Shown piece after piece: positions 26,535-40,699 of a stretch of 64,000 nucleotides of DNA. Both the position numbers and the translations under genes were made by a program. Source of the stretch: Octopus vulgaris. Taxonomy: Eukaryota. The notes under the pieces are model-generated. The model was not told where the DNA came from. It searched no databases and was given only the letters and a program-made list of their open reading frames with translations. The stretch is from contig OX597825.1 of the NCBI GenBank assembly GCA_951406725.2, forward strand, positions 42,408,001 through 42,472,000, written 5' to 3'. Each line of letters opens with the position of its first letter. The first letter of the stretch is position 1.

Positions 26535-26794
26535 CAGTCAGCAAGGTACGCTGTTTGGGCCTCTTCTGGAGAGATGATGAAATACACCGTCATAATGTGG
26601 GACATAACATTGGTGACAAGGATTTGTAACTCATACAGCCACTGATATGTAGTAGCAGGACATATGAGTGCTGATTAGGATACCTCCCACTGTATAACGG
26701 TATCATTTTAACAGTGGTAATAAGGTTAAGAATGTCAAAATGGAAGACCTATATTCAAGAACAATGAAAGAAAGTTTGATGGGTTCGAACTCTA

Positions 26795-27180
26795 ACACAG
26801 AACTGAACTACACAGGGTGAAAAGTAATATATACACAGTGAAAAATATATAAAAAAGATTCTGGAAAAAAAATTGCTAACACAGAATTGAACTACACACA
26901 GGGAAAAATATATATGATAAAAGATCCTGAAAAGAAAAAATGTCTGATAAAACTGGAACTCTTCACAGAATTGAACTACACACAGTGAAAAATTATTCTG
27001 TGTGGAAGAAATAATAATAATAATAATAAGTTCATTCAAAGGATTTATAAGTCAGGTTGCTATATATAGTAAAACTACCCAGTAATAATGTAGACTTGGT
27101 ACTACCTATGACATTTTGAAAAAAAAATGATTCTGTGTGGAACAAAAAATAAATATAATAATAAATCCATACAAAGGAAT
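26795..27180. repeat. Internal repeats of the LTR element
   Basis: acagaa(c/t)tgaactacaca occurs three times (~26796, 26881, 26965); attctgtgtggaa...aataataa...caaagga occurs twice (~26995, 27130). Confidence 0.8.
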
Positions 27181-27747
27181 TAATAATTTTGTGTGTAACA
27201 AAAAATAATTCTGGTTAATGATACATTTAAAGTGAATCATGCCAGAAGGGTTCAAATGTAAGCAGATATCTATTGAAACTGAAAACGAACCAATTGCTAA
27301 GAAAGTTAAAATGGACAAAGAAAATGCAAGCCATTTTGTGATTGAGGATACTAAACAAGTCCTCCTTGTAAAGACTCCAGTTGAAATGTCAATGGAAGTG
27401 ACTAGTAAAGAACACATAGAAAATTCTGAAATTAGAGAATCTGAGTGCAATGAAAGGAAAAGTCATAGAAATGAAATATATATAATGCTGTGTGAAGAAA
27501 TAATATATATTAGAAAAAAATTTTGTAGAAAAAATTCTCAAAGGGGGTGATGTTGTGACAGACACCCTCCCCCCACCGGTGAGAAGTGGGCTGGTCCACT
27601 ACTGATAAATAGAGGACTTACACAGTCTGTAATGTCAGTCAGTGAGGTATGCTGTTCAGGCCGAACAACGAAATACATCGTCATAATGCAGGACATAACA
27701 ACTCTACAGATTTTGTATAAAATTCAGAGCCCACACTGAAAGTTACA

Positions 27748-28040
27748 ATGTTTCTTATATGAATACATTTATATAAACAATGTGATCAAAAATGAAAATT
27801 CAGGTAATGGGTGTATATGCATATTTTTAATTGTTGTTCTTTCATCAGTACCATATCCAACCCATCAATTATCCACAAATGCATTGCTGAAATACCCACT
27901 AAGTTTAGTGATATAATTCTACTGGATACCACTACACTTAGTGGGTACTTAAGCAATATGTTTGTGAATAACTGATGGATTTGATGTGGTGCTGATGAAA
28001 GAGCAATAACTCTTAAAATATGCATATACATCCATTATCC
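27748..28040. mobile_element. Hammerhead-bearing repeat copy 2 with inverted arm (~240-bp palindrome)
   Basis: 27803-~27905 is the inverted complement of ~27935-28040. Both arms carry decayed hammerhead cores. Confidence 0.8.
27988..28032 (+). ncRNA. Hammerhead motif with a G12>A change
   Basis: GGTG-CTGATGA-AAGAG-caataa-CTCTT-AAAA-TATGCATA-TA-CATC. Confidence 0.6.
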
Positions 28041-28275
28041 ATTAACATTGTGCATCTGAAGACTTTGTGCTTTTCTTATATCGGGAGGAAACCAAAAGTA
28101 AATAAGGATGAAAATGTACATAGACTGGGAAAAGATGGACAGGGCAAGTAAAAGTCAATACCAAAGCAGATAGAAGTAAGGTTAGGAGATGAAGAAGTAC
28201 AGACAATGTATGAAAAGATGAGAGAAGGAAAAGATGATTAATAATAATAATGATGATAATAATAATAATAATAGT

Positions 28276-28686
28276 AATCTTTTCTACTAAAGGCACAAGG
28301 GGCCTGCAATTCTAGTCCATTACATCGCCCTTAGTGTTTCACTAGTACTAAATTTATCGACTCCAAAATGATGAAAAACAAAGTCGACCTCAGCAGAATT
28401 TGAACTCAGAACAAAAAGACAGATGAAATGCCATTAAGCATTTTTACCCAATGTGCTAACGATTCTGCCAGGTCACCACTTTAATAATATTCCTTTCTAC
28501 TGGAAGTTCAAGGCCTTAAATTGGGGGGAAGGGATTAAGTGAATTACATTGATCCCAGTGCTTAAGCCCAAAAGAATGAAAGGCAAAGTTGACCTCAGTG
28601 GAATTGGAACTCAGAATGTAGTGACGGGCAAAATACTGCTAAGCATTTTGCCTGGCATGCTAGAGATTCTGCCAGCTCACTGCCTT
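28276..28686 (-). mobile_element. Two tandem family A SINEs
   Basis: Two reverse-complement copies (aaagtcgacctcagcagaatttgaactcagaac; aaagttgacctcagtggaattggaactcagaa) between (AAT)n tracts. Confidence 0.75.
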
Positions 28687-28698
28687 AATAATAATAAC

Positions 28699-28736
<38 letters not shown>

Positions 28737-30779
28737 TGATGATGATAATATTGATATAAGTATATATACTTACTGATGCACAATGTTAGAGTACACCTTT
28801 GTTGCAGGTCTGAGGAAGTGCCACTTTAGTGTTTAAACCATTGCATTGCCTCCTTAAACTGATATAAACCAATCAAGTATTCTTTATGCTACATGCATAA
28901 TACATTACAATTCTTCTTAAACAGCTACAAATAATAACATCTCAAGTTAACAAAATAACAAATGTAAGCTGTAATCAACATGTTACATCACTGCAAATCT
29001 AACAGCTGTGATAAAATTCATTTGAGACATCAAAAAACATGAACAAAACAACAACCTATGTTTGATGTTCAAACAGCAAGTAAACTTTACATACTGGATA
29101 ATTATTATATGGGGTTGTGAGACCATATAACAGCTTTAATAGAAGTCAAGCTCAGCCAGTTTACTTCTAAACAAAAATTTATAATCAGTAACCCACTGTG
29201 CCAATAGATATGGTTTTACCCACAAAATATATCCAGTGTCATAATAGCCAGTTTGCTTAGAATAACTTCTGATCAAACTATGACAAACTAAAATCCAATA
29301 TTCTTTCTTCCATTCTATATTCTTAATAAATGCAGAAAAATTTCCTATTGCTCATTTTAATTAAATATGCAAAAAATAAAGTCTGTAACAAATTTGAAGG
29401 AATTTTCAAGAGAAAATTAATGTAAAAATGTAATTATAATAATATTTCTTTCCTTCTTTCAATAAAATTTAGAGGAAAATAATTAAAAACTTATTTTGCT
29501 GTAGTGTATTTTAATTAACTACAACAAGTAGGAGAGAATGTTTATTTGTAAAATATAGAAAAACTTGTTTTAATTTTATGTAGTTTAAAACTACTTTCAG
29601 ATTATTTTGGATTGAAATTCATTAAAATTTTTTGAGAAACAAAAATAATCATAACCAATTTTATTATTTTTTGTTTTCAGAATTTTTTTCAGAATTTTCA
29701 TCAAAAATAGTTTTGAACATTGTTTCCAATAATTATCCAAGAATCCAAATAGAATCAACTCAAGAGTGATGGCGAAAATTCCATGAAAGAGACAGATAAA
29801 ACAAAACAATATTTAATTTGAACATACAGAATCAAACTATTTTTGATAGTTTAAAATTATTCAAATTCCTCTTAGCTTAAGAAAATAGTCTTGAGATTTA
29901 GTTCCATGTGAATAGATTTCTTGAATTTTTATTAAATACAGGTTTTACAACATCATTTAAAAAAATTTTTTATAAAAGTTCAACTGCCTACTTTCATATT
30001 AATAGGGCCATAGCTGTAGTACTTTTACTGTCATTTATGAGTAGTAATTGTAAAATTTGTGTATGATGAATGTAAGAAACCTTTCAGCATCATATTGTCT
30101 AGCAAACAGGGTTCCATTCATTTTTAGATGTAATTTCTAAAGAAAAATCATGATTTGCCAACTAGAAATTCCTTACTTTGTCCACAGAAAACTAAAGTTA
30201 TTTAAGCCACACTACCATCCTAAATAAGGATAGTAGATTAGAAGATTCATTTGAGTATTTAACAAAATACTTTGCAGTGTTTGTTTTGGTTAGTTATGCC
30301 CAGAGTTCAAACGTTGCTGAGGTTTTCTTTGCTTTCCAATATTATCAAATGATTCTCTCAAATTGCAACTTTGTACCTGTGTTACAAATAATATCATAAT
30401 GCTAATCTTGAAATTATTGAAAAGGCCATCATATTCTTCATTGATATCCACATTCAAAACAATACAATGAATGTGACTTTTGTCTTTTAATGAATATTGA
30501 CATAATTCCTAATCATTGGTATCATCAAATAATGATTAACTCTGCTGAATAATATTTTCTTTCTTTACCCTTCAGATTCTTGAAATGCTATATTTTTATG
30601 AGTGAATAGGCTTAGTAATTTTCTGATTTATTTAATCTTAATCAATTAAAATTTTGATATGCTCTATTTCTGCCTATTTTGACCGAATTAATCACATAGA
30701 AATTCAGTGCACTCCTCACCAATATCATTAATTAATTAAAATTTCTTGTTTTACTACATCAAATATGCTAATGCCCACT

Positions 30780-32167
30780 TGACTATTAAGGATTCATGCA
30801 GCAGATGTCCTAAGGTATTTTTTCCACAGCCAATGAGGAAACTAGGGATAGATGAGTGGTTGGTGACAGTGGTATAAGCCATGTACAGGGATGCTGTCAG
30901 TATGGTGAGGATTGGTAATGAGTATAGCAATGAATTCAGTATACAAGTAAGAGCTCACTAAGGATCGGTCCTCAGCCCTGTCTTGTTCATCATAGTCCTC
31001 CAGGAAATAACAGAAGAATTGAAGTCAGGCTGTGCCTGGGAGCTCCTCTATGCTGATGACCTTGTTCTTATAGCTGAATCACAACCAGAACTAGAAAAGA
31101 AACTTCAAGTGTGGAAGTAAAGTCTGGAATCAAAGGGCCTTAGTATTAATTTAGCAAAGACCAAAGTCTTAGTAGGAAACAGATAAATCGCAAATCCCAT
31201 CAGAGAGATGACCCAGCTCAATAAGTAAAAAAGGCATTGATAGAAACTAAATAAGGTGTACCCAATGCAAGCTATTGGCACATAAGAGGAGCAGCAATAT
31301 CAGACGAAGGTTAACAGGGAAAATAATTTTTGTGTGTAGCAGAAGTACTGGTACAATAAACACAAGAAATGCACAGAAAATAGACTCCATCAAATGCCAG
31401 GGGTAATACTTAGAAGTAGTTGATAGCTTCTATTATCTGGGTGACCAAGTCAGCAGTGGAGGTGGATGCTCTGAGAGTGTAGCTGCTAAAATAAGAATAG
31501 CCTGGATAAAGCTTAGGGAGCTTCTTCTACCTTTGTTGTTAACAAAGGACATCTCTCTGAGAGTGAAAGATGCAGACAGTATTGTTACACGGCAGTGAAA
31601 CATGAGCTGTGACTGCATAGGACAAGTGAAGGCTTGAAAGAAATGAAACTAGTGTGTTTTGTTGGTTGTGCAATGTCAGTGTGTATGTACAACAGAGTGT
31701 AAGCATCTTGAGAGAAAATTTGAGTTAAGAGGGATCAGATGTGGTGTGCAAGGGAGAAGACTGCAGTGGTATGGTCATGGGATACATATGGATACGAACA
31801 ACTGTGTAAAGAAGTGCTGAATCTGTAGAAGAGGTAGACCCAGGAAGACATGAGATGTTGGGTTTCATGGAGATGATGACAAATGATCAAGACCATTGGT
31901 AGCTAGCTGTGCTTGAGAAGACTTGTCAGTCCAAGTGAAATTGTAGTCATGGACTGTGCCAGTGACACATCTAAGGCACCCATGATGGTGACACATAAAA
32001 GGCACCCATGCTGTGACACGTAGAAGGGATCCATTACACACTTGGAGTGGCATCCAGCTTTAGAAACCAAACCAAAATACAGCTCTCGGTCAAAGTCTAA
32101 CCCATACCAGCATGGAAAATGGAAGCTTGATGATGATGATGATGATGATGACGACGACGACGACGAC
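30780..32167 (+). mobile_element. 5'-truncated decayed RTE LINE
   Basis: WELLYADDLVL at ~31037, YLGDQVSSGGGCSESV and a (GAT)n(GAC)n tail; homologous to 21563-23100. Confidence 0.9.
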
Positions 32168-32717
32168 GTTATCTTCACTAGCCACATAATATATTTTTCT
32201 AGAGGAAAATAATTTACTGAATTAATTCTGGTACTTTTTTAATAAAATTTGGCCAGATAGAGAACAAAAAGAAATCAATATCAATGAAAAAACAACCCTA
32301 ATACAGTTAGGCATCCACAGTCCTTTAAGAATTTGCAAAAATTTGTTGCTAGAAATCACATATATATTAAAACCATGTAAAACATATGTAACATTTATTG
32401 TAATTCAGTTGGATACTGCTTTGTAGCTTACAGAATCTTCTGATTCTTGGTAATGCTTAAATAAACTGTTTTGATCCCTATCTGAAGTAGCAGATATCCT
32501 TTACACAGATACATTCTAATAACAAAATTAAAAAAAAATTCAATGTAAATCCACCAGAATAATAAACCTTCAATAACAATTCTGTTTTACTAGTCAGTCA
32601 AATGATCTTTGCATAAATTATATAGCAGACATGATCCATTGACCTATGATGAAACATAAGCCAACCATGAAAAACCTGTCTGTGTGTTTCAGACAATATG
32701 TGTATGTATGTATATGT

Positions 32718-32748
<31 letters not shown>

Positions 32749-33674
32749 CATATATGTGTGTATACGTTTATATAAAATATCCTCTTCCTTTTAAGATAAT
32801 TAGGTATCACATTTGAATGAGATTTAGCCACCATTCTTAGCAGAAAAAGTGACTGTCTAGAAGCTTCACTAGTGAAACTGTAGCTGCTGAAGGTCAATGC
32901 ACTTGATGTTTTATTTGACTTTCTGTGAAGTTATTCTGGCTGTGTGGTGTTCTCAGAGGTGCACAGTTTTAGGAAAGAAAGTAAAGTGTAAAGTTTAGAA
33001 TTAGCAAGCTGAGATAGAGTAGAATGAAAAAGGGTAGTGAAATAGCATATAAGTTAGTTCAGGGAAATTATATATTTTATTAAATGCAGTAGAGATATAG
33101 GAGTGGATTTGGTGCAGCTATGAACTAGTTATTGTCATACAGCACTAAGTTGGCCATTCGTGAGGTAATCTATGATCAAAGGCTTTTCAGCTATGATTAT
33201 CCCATATTGTTATCAGAATCTAGGGCCACATCATTCGATCCTCCTTAATTTTGCTATTTGTATTCATTTGAAAAAGACTTGTTGCTATTTTTACCATACC
33301 AGGTGTCTGCATAGAGATGCACTCATTGCTTTTCAGGATTTCTTGTTGAAAAACAATGGGTTTAAAGTAGTGACTCATGCTACCACTGGAAAATGGTTTG
33401 AAAGAAGAAAGGCAAGTTCAGCATAATAAGCAAATGGTGATACTATCTTCATACAAGTGTTTCTGGCTAAAGATAATAGCAAAAATAATTCAGGAAGAAG
33501 AGTGTGGGGTTGATACAGAATGGGCCACCAGGATAGCATAAGAATTTAAGAAAAATCAATTACTCAAAATTATTAACACAATTAGAAAGAATTTTTTTTA
33601 TCCTGTGCAACGTATAGGCCACACTTTATAACCAAATTCTACAGAATACCAAATTTAATGTTAGGAGGATTCAT

Positions 33675-33868
33675 GGCAATGAGGTGGCAGAATCATTAAC
33701 AAGCTGGACAAAAATTTTGAGTGACATTCTGAGTTCAAATTCTGCCAAAGTCAACTTTGCTTTTCATCCTTTCAGGGTCGATGTACCAGTTGAACACTGG
33801 AGGTCAGTGAAATTAACTTACCTCCAATCCCGAAATTGCTGGCCTTGTACCAAAATTTGGAGCCAATA
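33675..33868 (+). mobile_element. Family A SINE
   Basis: tctgagttcaaattctgccaaagtcaactttgcttttcatcctttcagggtcgat. Confidence 0.75.
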
Positions 33869-34231
33869 CTATGAGGAATAATTTTCTGATGCACTATATG
33901 ATTTATTTACTTGATGTATTATCGGTATGATGTATTACCTTGATGGTAGAGGTACATGGCTTAGTGGGTAGAGTGTTGCATATGGTTTCAATTGCTGGAA
34001 TGGGAAATGCAGTGTGTTCTTGAGCAAAATACTTCATTTCATGCTGCTCCAGTCCACTCATCTGGCGAAAATGAGTATCCTGTGATGGACTGGCATGCCA
34101 TCAAGGAGTGGGAGAAAATATATTCCACAGAAGCCAGTGAACTGAACTTACAAGCGTGTGGCTCAGGAAGGACCTTTGATTCTTTGATTAACTTGATGTA
34201 CTAGCTATTTGATGTACTGACGAGATATACT

Positions 34232-34445
34232 GATTTCAAATTTTAGCACAAATCCAATAATTTGTGGGGAGGTGGAAAGTCAATTACATCAACCCTAGTA
34301 TGCCACTGGTACTTATTTTATCGACCCTGAAAGGATGAAAGGCAAGGTGACCTCAGTGGAATCTGAACTCAGAACAAAAAGACAGACAAAGTGTTGCTAA
34401 GTCTTTTGCCTGAAGTGCTAACAGTTCTGCCAGCTCACCACCTTT
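34232..34445 (-). mobile_element. Family A SINE
   Basis: Reverse complement of the core: tcgaccctgaaaggatgaaaggcaaggtgacctc. Confidence 0.75.
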
Positions 34446-36596
34446 GTATTGACTAGGTATATTAATTACATGATATATTAACTACGTGTATTAACAATAT
34501 ACTCAATTGACTTGACAGAAAAGTTTCAAAACAAAATAGGAGAGATATATACAGCTTACAGGAAGGAACTGTTTTCATTAACATTCTTAGTATGAAACAC
34601 ATAACTGAAGCTTTTACAAAAACATTTTAGTTTGTCAAATTTCTTAAAATTGAGAGACAAATGATGTGTAACACAAAGAAATCTGCCTCAGTAGTAACCA
34701 TATTAATGGCCACTGAAAAGAATATATGTAAGAACAAATGTGATCTCTTTAATGTTGAAAATGATGGTGAAGAGTTAGTATTTGGCAGATTTAGAGAGAA
34801 TACCATTCTTGTAGATGACATATTGTTGTATTTTCTGGTAGTTTGATGTAGATGTTCATAAAATTAGATTTGATAGTTTGTTGAAGATAGAAGACAGCTT
34901 GGGAGTGCAATGTTTGTAAGTAATAGAAGATAGACAGTTTTGTTAATCTGGCATTACTGTGTAACTATTTGGCAATAGTAAATATATGAACATTATTGTT
35001 GGACTGGAGAAGTGAACAAGCAGATGCAACACTATTGGACAAGTTTTAATTGCGTTTCTTCCATCACTGCAGCAACTATTTCTGCTCTTTTCTATATCAA
35101 TTCTTCTTTATCTTACTTAAAACATTTGTTACAACCACTGCCCTCTCTCAACTATTCTACTGTCTCTTAGTTTTCTTTACCAGATATACACAAATCTAAA
35201 ACATTCTACCCATTCTTGCTCTTCTATCCAACTATACATACAAGCACTAAACTTAAACAATAACTCTGCAACAGTACACACTGAAGTATTAACAACAACT
35301 CAAGTAGTTATCTATGACACCAGTCTAAATGTATCTAGAAAGACATTCCTCTTTTAGCTAATTAATAAAGTAAAAAAAAATTTGGAATTCTATTGTTTCC
35401 ACTTAGATCCCAGCATGTGAATTATTGATTTAATTTAGTTTTGTATAAAACTACTGTTTAGACTACAGGGTTAAGTTGATAAAATTAACATTGTATATTA
35501 TCAGTACATATTTCACTGACTAAAAGGAAAGCAAACTAAAGTATGTAAAATAAGTACCATCAATTCATTATACCATTAACCTATAAGCTGCAGCCTTGTT
35601 CAGGGCAAATTTACATTTCTTTAATTACAGAGGCTGAAAGTCTTATATAGTAAGGAGCTTAAATTTTTATTAAACTATTAATATAAATAAGTGATTTATT
35701 GCAAATCTCTGCTCTTAGAAATAAAATGTTATTGATTATTGCAAAGGAGAACTCTCTAGGTCTAATTATGAGAGTTTTCAGCACGTTTTTCTTTTCTTTT
35801 TTTTTTATCTAATTCTCAGGCAATTTATAGCAAAACCTATCAGGGTTTTAAAACATTATGACTGTTATATAGGCCTAATAACATTGGAAGCTATATATCA
35901 GATATCAGTGATGAACTACATGATTGACACAGCAGAATAATAACTTATTGTAATTTTATTAACTTTGTAGAATAAAAGACTAAATAAACAAATGATATCA
36001 TTTAATCTTATGTGACTGAAGCAATCAAATATCAAGCTTATACCAGGTTTCAACCACCTAATCTTATCCTAATCTTAATTATTGTCTTCTTATTCAAAAC
36101 AATCACTGACAATGCCTGTCAGAATAATATACTGCAATGCAGCTATAGATATTACAAAACACATTTTGTGCTGAATTTTGTAGCTCCCCTATCTAAATGT
36201 CCAACATGTTAATGTTACACTTAAAATAAGAATTAGCTGATATATCAGAACCTAATTATGGCCAACACTAATAAATACCTTGATTTCTATGTTTCTTTCT
36301 GTATCAGTCTCTTTTCAAATCCCTGTAAGTCCAGACTATACATCTGTGACTTGCTTCATAATGGAAAATATGGAAGTTTTGTCATTAAGGATCAGCATTG
36401 GAACTGGCACTACATTTTTCTTTTACTGGTGAGCAGTCACATGCACACAAGCTAATTCATGTGATAGAAATATTGGCTGAACACTTTGATTTCCACCTAC
36501 TTTTTATTTCTGTCTTGCTATATGGAATAGTATACAGTCCTGAAATAATCTCTTTACATGGGAATAAAATCATTTTAAAAGAGAAGTATAAGACTA

Positions 36597-37567
36597 CAAG
36601 GTTCAGCTGGAAAGTTCATTGGCTGACCAAGATATTCTTCAAATCAGGAGAATAAAGAGGGTAATCAACCAGTTCAAAACCACAGTCACACACAGCAGCC
36701 ATTGAAACAAAACACCTTTTGTCAGTTTTCCTGGGAGTTTGATCTTTATAGCTTTTCCTATCTGCTTCAGCAAGTTGGCGTAGTACTCTCCATTAATGGT
36801 GTGACCCTTCCGAAGATAGTCAAAAAACACAATGCCTTTTGCATCCCAGAAAATCGAGGTCATCACCTTCTCTGCAGATGAAAAGACCTTGGCCTTCTTT
36901 GGAGCAAGTGAGTAGAGGTGTTTCCACTGCATGGATTGGCTCTTTCTCTCTGGCTCAAAGTGATGAAGTTGACATTTATCCTTGGTTAGAAAACATTCAA
37001 AGAAACCAGCTGGATCTGCCTCAAACAATGTTAGATGTTCCTGTGATATGATCAACCTGATGTGCTTTTGATCAGGTGTCAGAAGACATGATACAATGGG
37101 CAGAGACCTTCATCATGACAAGTTCATTGTTCAGAATATTCTCAACTCTCTCAAGAGATATGCTAATAGCATTGCCCTTTTGACTTATTGTGGTGGACAC
37201 AATCAATGTTTCTCTTGGTGCTGACACCTGATCTTGGGTAGTTTTCATCACTTTCTTTTCCCCTCTTAAATTTAGCTGTCTGCTTTTGTGCTGCTCATAA
37301 AGCTGGAGTGTCATCCTCTTATGTAGCAAACCATGTCAGAATAAATGTCCTTAGGGGCCAAACCATTTTACTTCAGGTTCTTGATCAGACCAAAATGCAA
37401 ACTTTTATCCATTTTCAAGAGAAGTCACTACTAGTTACTTTTAAAGTATTCTTTGAACAGTAAGAATTCAGTTTACCTTATTAATAAAGGGTTGAAATTA
37501 ATGTATGCAAGACTTCACAGTTCTAGCATCACTCCTTCATGCCTATGAACTTTTCAGCTCACCCTCA
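36597..37567 (-). mobile_element. Decayed mariner element
   Basis: Translation HHFEPERKSQSMQWKH..KVMTSIFWDAKGIVFFDYLRKGHTINGEYY. TIRs caaggttcagctggaaagttca / tgaacttttcagctcaccctca with TA flanks. Confidence 0.9.
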
Positions 37568-38449
37568 TAAATATCTCTTTGTTACTTCTGTATTGTTTTA
37601 TCTTCATTTTTCTCCTTTTGTTACTAATTTTAACAAGGAGCATGCAAATAAGAGATAAGAGAAATATTTCCAGTGAATATGAAAGTTAGAACTAAATCAT
37701 TACTTTCTTTTGGAAATGTTCAACTATTCCTAAAGTGAGCAACACTTGCAGAATGATTTCAACTTCTATATTCCAATAATAGATTTTTGAAAGTTCTGTT
37801 TCACTAGATTTAAAAGGTTTGCATCATTTCTGATATCTTAAAAATACCTTCTAAAGTTTCAAACGTCAGAATGTACTCCCTTGCAGAATTGTAATATGTC
37901 AATTGTCTGTAGACAAGAGCGTTTATATCTTACAGCATGAAATGTAAGTATAATTTCTAAAATGATTTAATAATTTCATGTTAAGATATCTTAAAATGTG
38001 TTAATTTTGCCTCTTGATTTTTTTTAACATTGTATACTTCATCAAAACCTCAATAATAATCTGAATGTTTTGCTGATTTAAACAATTCAAGCACATAAAT
38101 TATCATAATTCACATTATTTTTAACTCAATAAATTACATTTTAAAGCCTTCATTGCAATTTAATTTACTTTTATTTAAATGCTCAATTACAATCAAAACA
38201 AAACAGATAACATCAAGTTACCTGAAATGTTTTGCTTTAAATTTAGATTTATGTCACCATTTGTAGATGTTTTCATCATACATTCAGACAAGCAAAAAGT
38301 TAAACAATTTCATGTATTTAAATTATTAAAACAATAAATGCTGTAGGATTTTTAAATATGTCTGTAAATCTTCAGTTTAGCCACAAACTTATAAAAATCT
38401 TGTATCACATATTTGAAATTACTGAAGAGACAGATTAACTATCATTTTT

Positions 38450-39300
38450 GCATCTAGAACTAATAGTATGCACCTTTGCATTAAACTACCTTTTTAGAAT
38501 ATCCAGAAAACTTATCATGAATAGGAGTGTCATAAAAAAATTTTCCCATCTTTTGGAGGTACTTGAAAAGTAACTGACAAAGCAATTTAAAGAATAACAA
38601 AATTGGCAACTCTCACTTCTATATGCATCACATCATTAAGATCTATTCATCATATCATTAAGATCTAAATATCTGAAAATGCCAAGCAACAAATGGATTG
38701 GAATATTGAACAAGGAATTAGTATGATAAAATAAGTTTTTAAAATTCCCTAAAAGTAAGAAATTCTTTGATAGCACACTTGATTTCAATATTGAAATGTG
38801 GTCATAAAATAATAAATATTAAAAGCTGATAGAATTCTGCACTGTCCCTACAGAATATATATCTCCATGCTTTTGAACAATAACTTATTGGATTTTCAAA
38901 ATGTCTGAAAAGATAAACATCATAAATTTCCACTATAGTTCCCATTTCATTGAAGGCTTTTGTGACATAAATGATAGAGGAATGTTTAAGAAACTTTTAG
39001 ATATGTTTATACATCTTGATGAATTAAATTCGAAAAAAAGCTTTATTTTTCAAGTAGATGCACATATTGAAGAGAAAATTAGCATTATATATTTATTTAT
39101 TTGTGTGTTTGGTAAACAAATAGGAAAAAGTGCTAAATATATGAAATTAGAGTCTATTGATTTGAACTGAAAATTCATTCCACCATTACCCAGCACTTCT
39201 CACCACATGTGATTCTTCAACTAACAAATATTCATCATTTTGCTATCTGGCAGATTACATGGGGCATGCAGCTTAGTAGGGATAAAATAAATAATCAATT
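38450..39300 (+). mobile_element. Decayed Penelope-like RT fragment
   Basis: NFHYSSHFIEGFCDINDRGMFKK..LDELN..SF resembles the PLE RT region around the catalytic DD motif. Confidence 0.35.
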
Positions 39301-39728
39301 TTGTTCTAATATTTCATTTTTTACTTGCTGAGTCTGAAGGAAGGAGCAGTCTTTGTAGGACCCCCTAAGACTGATGCTGTTGATAACATTAATATTCCAT
39401 ATAAACAGTTGTAATTTAACATTTGCAGAAAGTATGAGCTAGGAGGAAATTCCAGAGAAGGAACATTCTGTAAAGAAAGGACTAGGTATAATGGTTAGTG
39501 AGGGGCTTGGAAATTGGACACAACATGAGTTATAACTGGAGGGGACACAAGAGGGTTGAAAGTGTCTGAATGGAAGCTAAACAAGATCAGCAGCACCAAG
39601 AAGCAGAGATTATTCTAGTAACAGTACAGAAGGCAGAAAGAGAAGACAGCACGTTTGTTAGGGTGGAGGGGAAAAATACATTTTACGCAGATTTTTGAAA
39701 TATGTTTTTAAGAATATATTTTTGATTG

Positions 39729-39982
39729 TGAAATCCTTTAGAAACAATTGTGCTAGAATCTGAAGTTCTTAAATTTACATCTTTAGGTTCCGCAGCCCAC
39801 TTGAAATTTTGAATAACGAGTGAAGAATCAATTTATAACATACTTGCTGTTCCTCATTTTATTTTTTACATTCATTGTTATGAATCAAATTTCTTTTGTA
39901 AAATCCTTTTAAAACAAAAGTGTTAAAATCTCAAGCTCTAAGATGTATATCTCAGGCTCCACAACACACTTGAAATTTTGAA
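39729..39982. repeat. Diverged ~85-bp direct repeat pair
   Basis: aaatccttt..aaacaa..gtg.ta.aatct...cacttgaaattttgaa at ~39731 and ~39901. Confidence 0.7.
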
Positions 39983-40699
39983 ATTATGTGAAATAAATAG
40001 ACTTTTTGACTTTGCTTCCTTTATTATTTTTAATGCTAGGTGACTGACTATATGTGTTACAAGAGGTCTAGATTACACACACATTAAAATAAAATTACAT
40101 GTAAACTAGTTTTTGATTTTTGGCACATTTTGGTAATAAAAATAATTAACATTTCCAATTTATTTGAAATAATTCCATGTAACTAAATAATACGTATCGT
40201 TGTAGTGCAATCCTTTTTGTTCCAGGAACAATTAGCATCTCACTCTCAAATAAAGAATGGAATAGTCAAAGATTTTTTGTTTTGGAAATTCCTAAAATGA
40301 CATAATGCTAATTGTTTGCACTTGCAACAGGAAATGTCAAATAAAGTTTTGGTTTCATTGTTTTTAAACACATTACACTTTATTTAAAACGATGGCACAT
40401 TTTTTCTATTTTGTACAGATAATATTTGGTACTTTAGATAAAAGTTTAAGGTTTTTGGTTTAACTGACTCATTTGTAACACAAGGGATGGATGCCTTTTA
40501 CCAAAGAAGAATGATCTTTTTGCTACAGTCTTGACATTTGTTTAATTGAAGGATCTTTCTTAACTACATTCTTTTCTTTTACTCAGTCAAATAAAACACA
40601 TTTTAGTACGTCTTTGTGAGTTAGTAAAACTCACTTGCTAAGATTACATGGAGCACCAAATATTGGGTATTCAGTATTATGACATGTTATTGGCTTATG

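Larger units (their letters stand above)
25311..27700 (+). mobile_element. Small non-autonomous LTR retroelement (TRIM-like); 5' LTR interrupted by an insertion
   Basis: LTRs of ~150 bp start TGTTGTG and end CATAACA (25311-26609 with insert; 27551-27700). PBS-like tggtgacaag at 26611; PPT aaagggggtga at 27540-27550; 5-bp flanks cctct/actct. Confidence 0.75.

Noticed and set aside
26795-26995. Three spaced ~27-bp repeats resembling a CRISPR array
   Set aside because: Eukaryotic context, spacers similar to each other, no cas genes, and located inside an LTR element.
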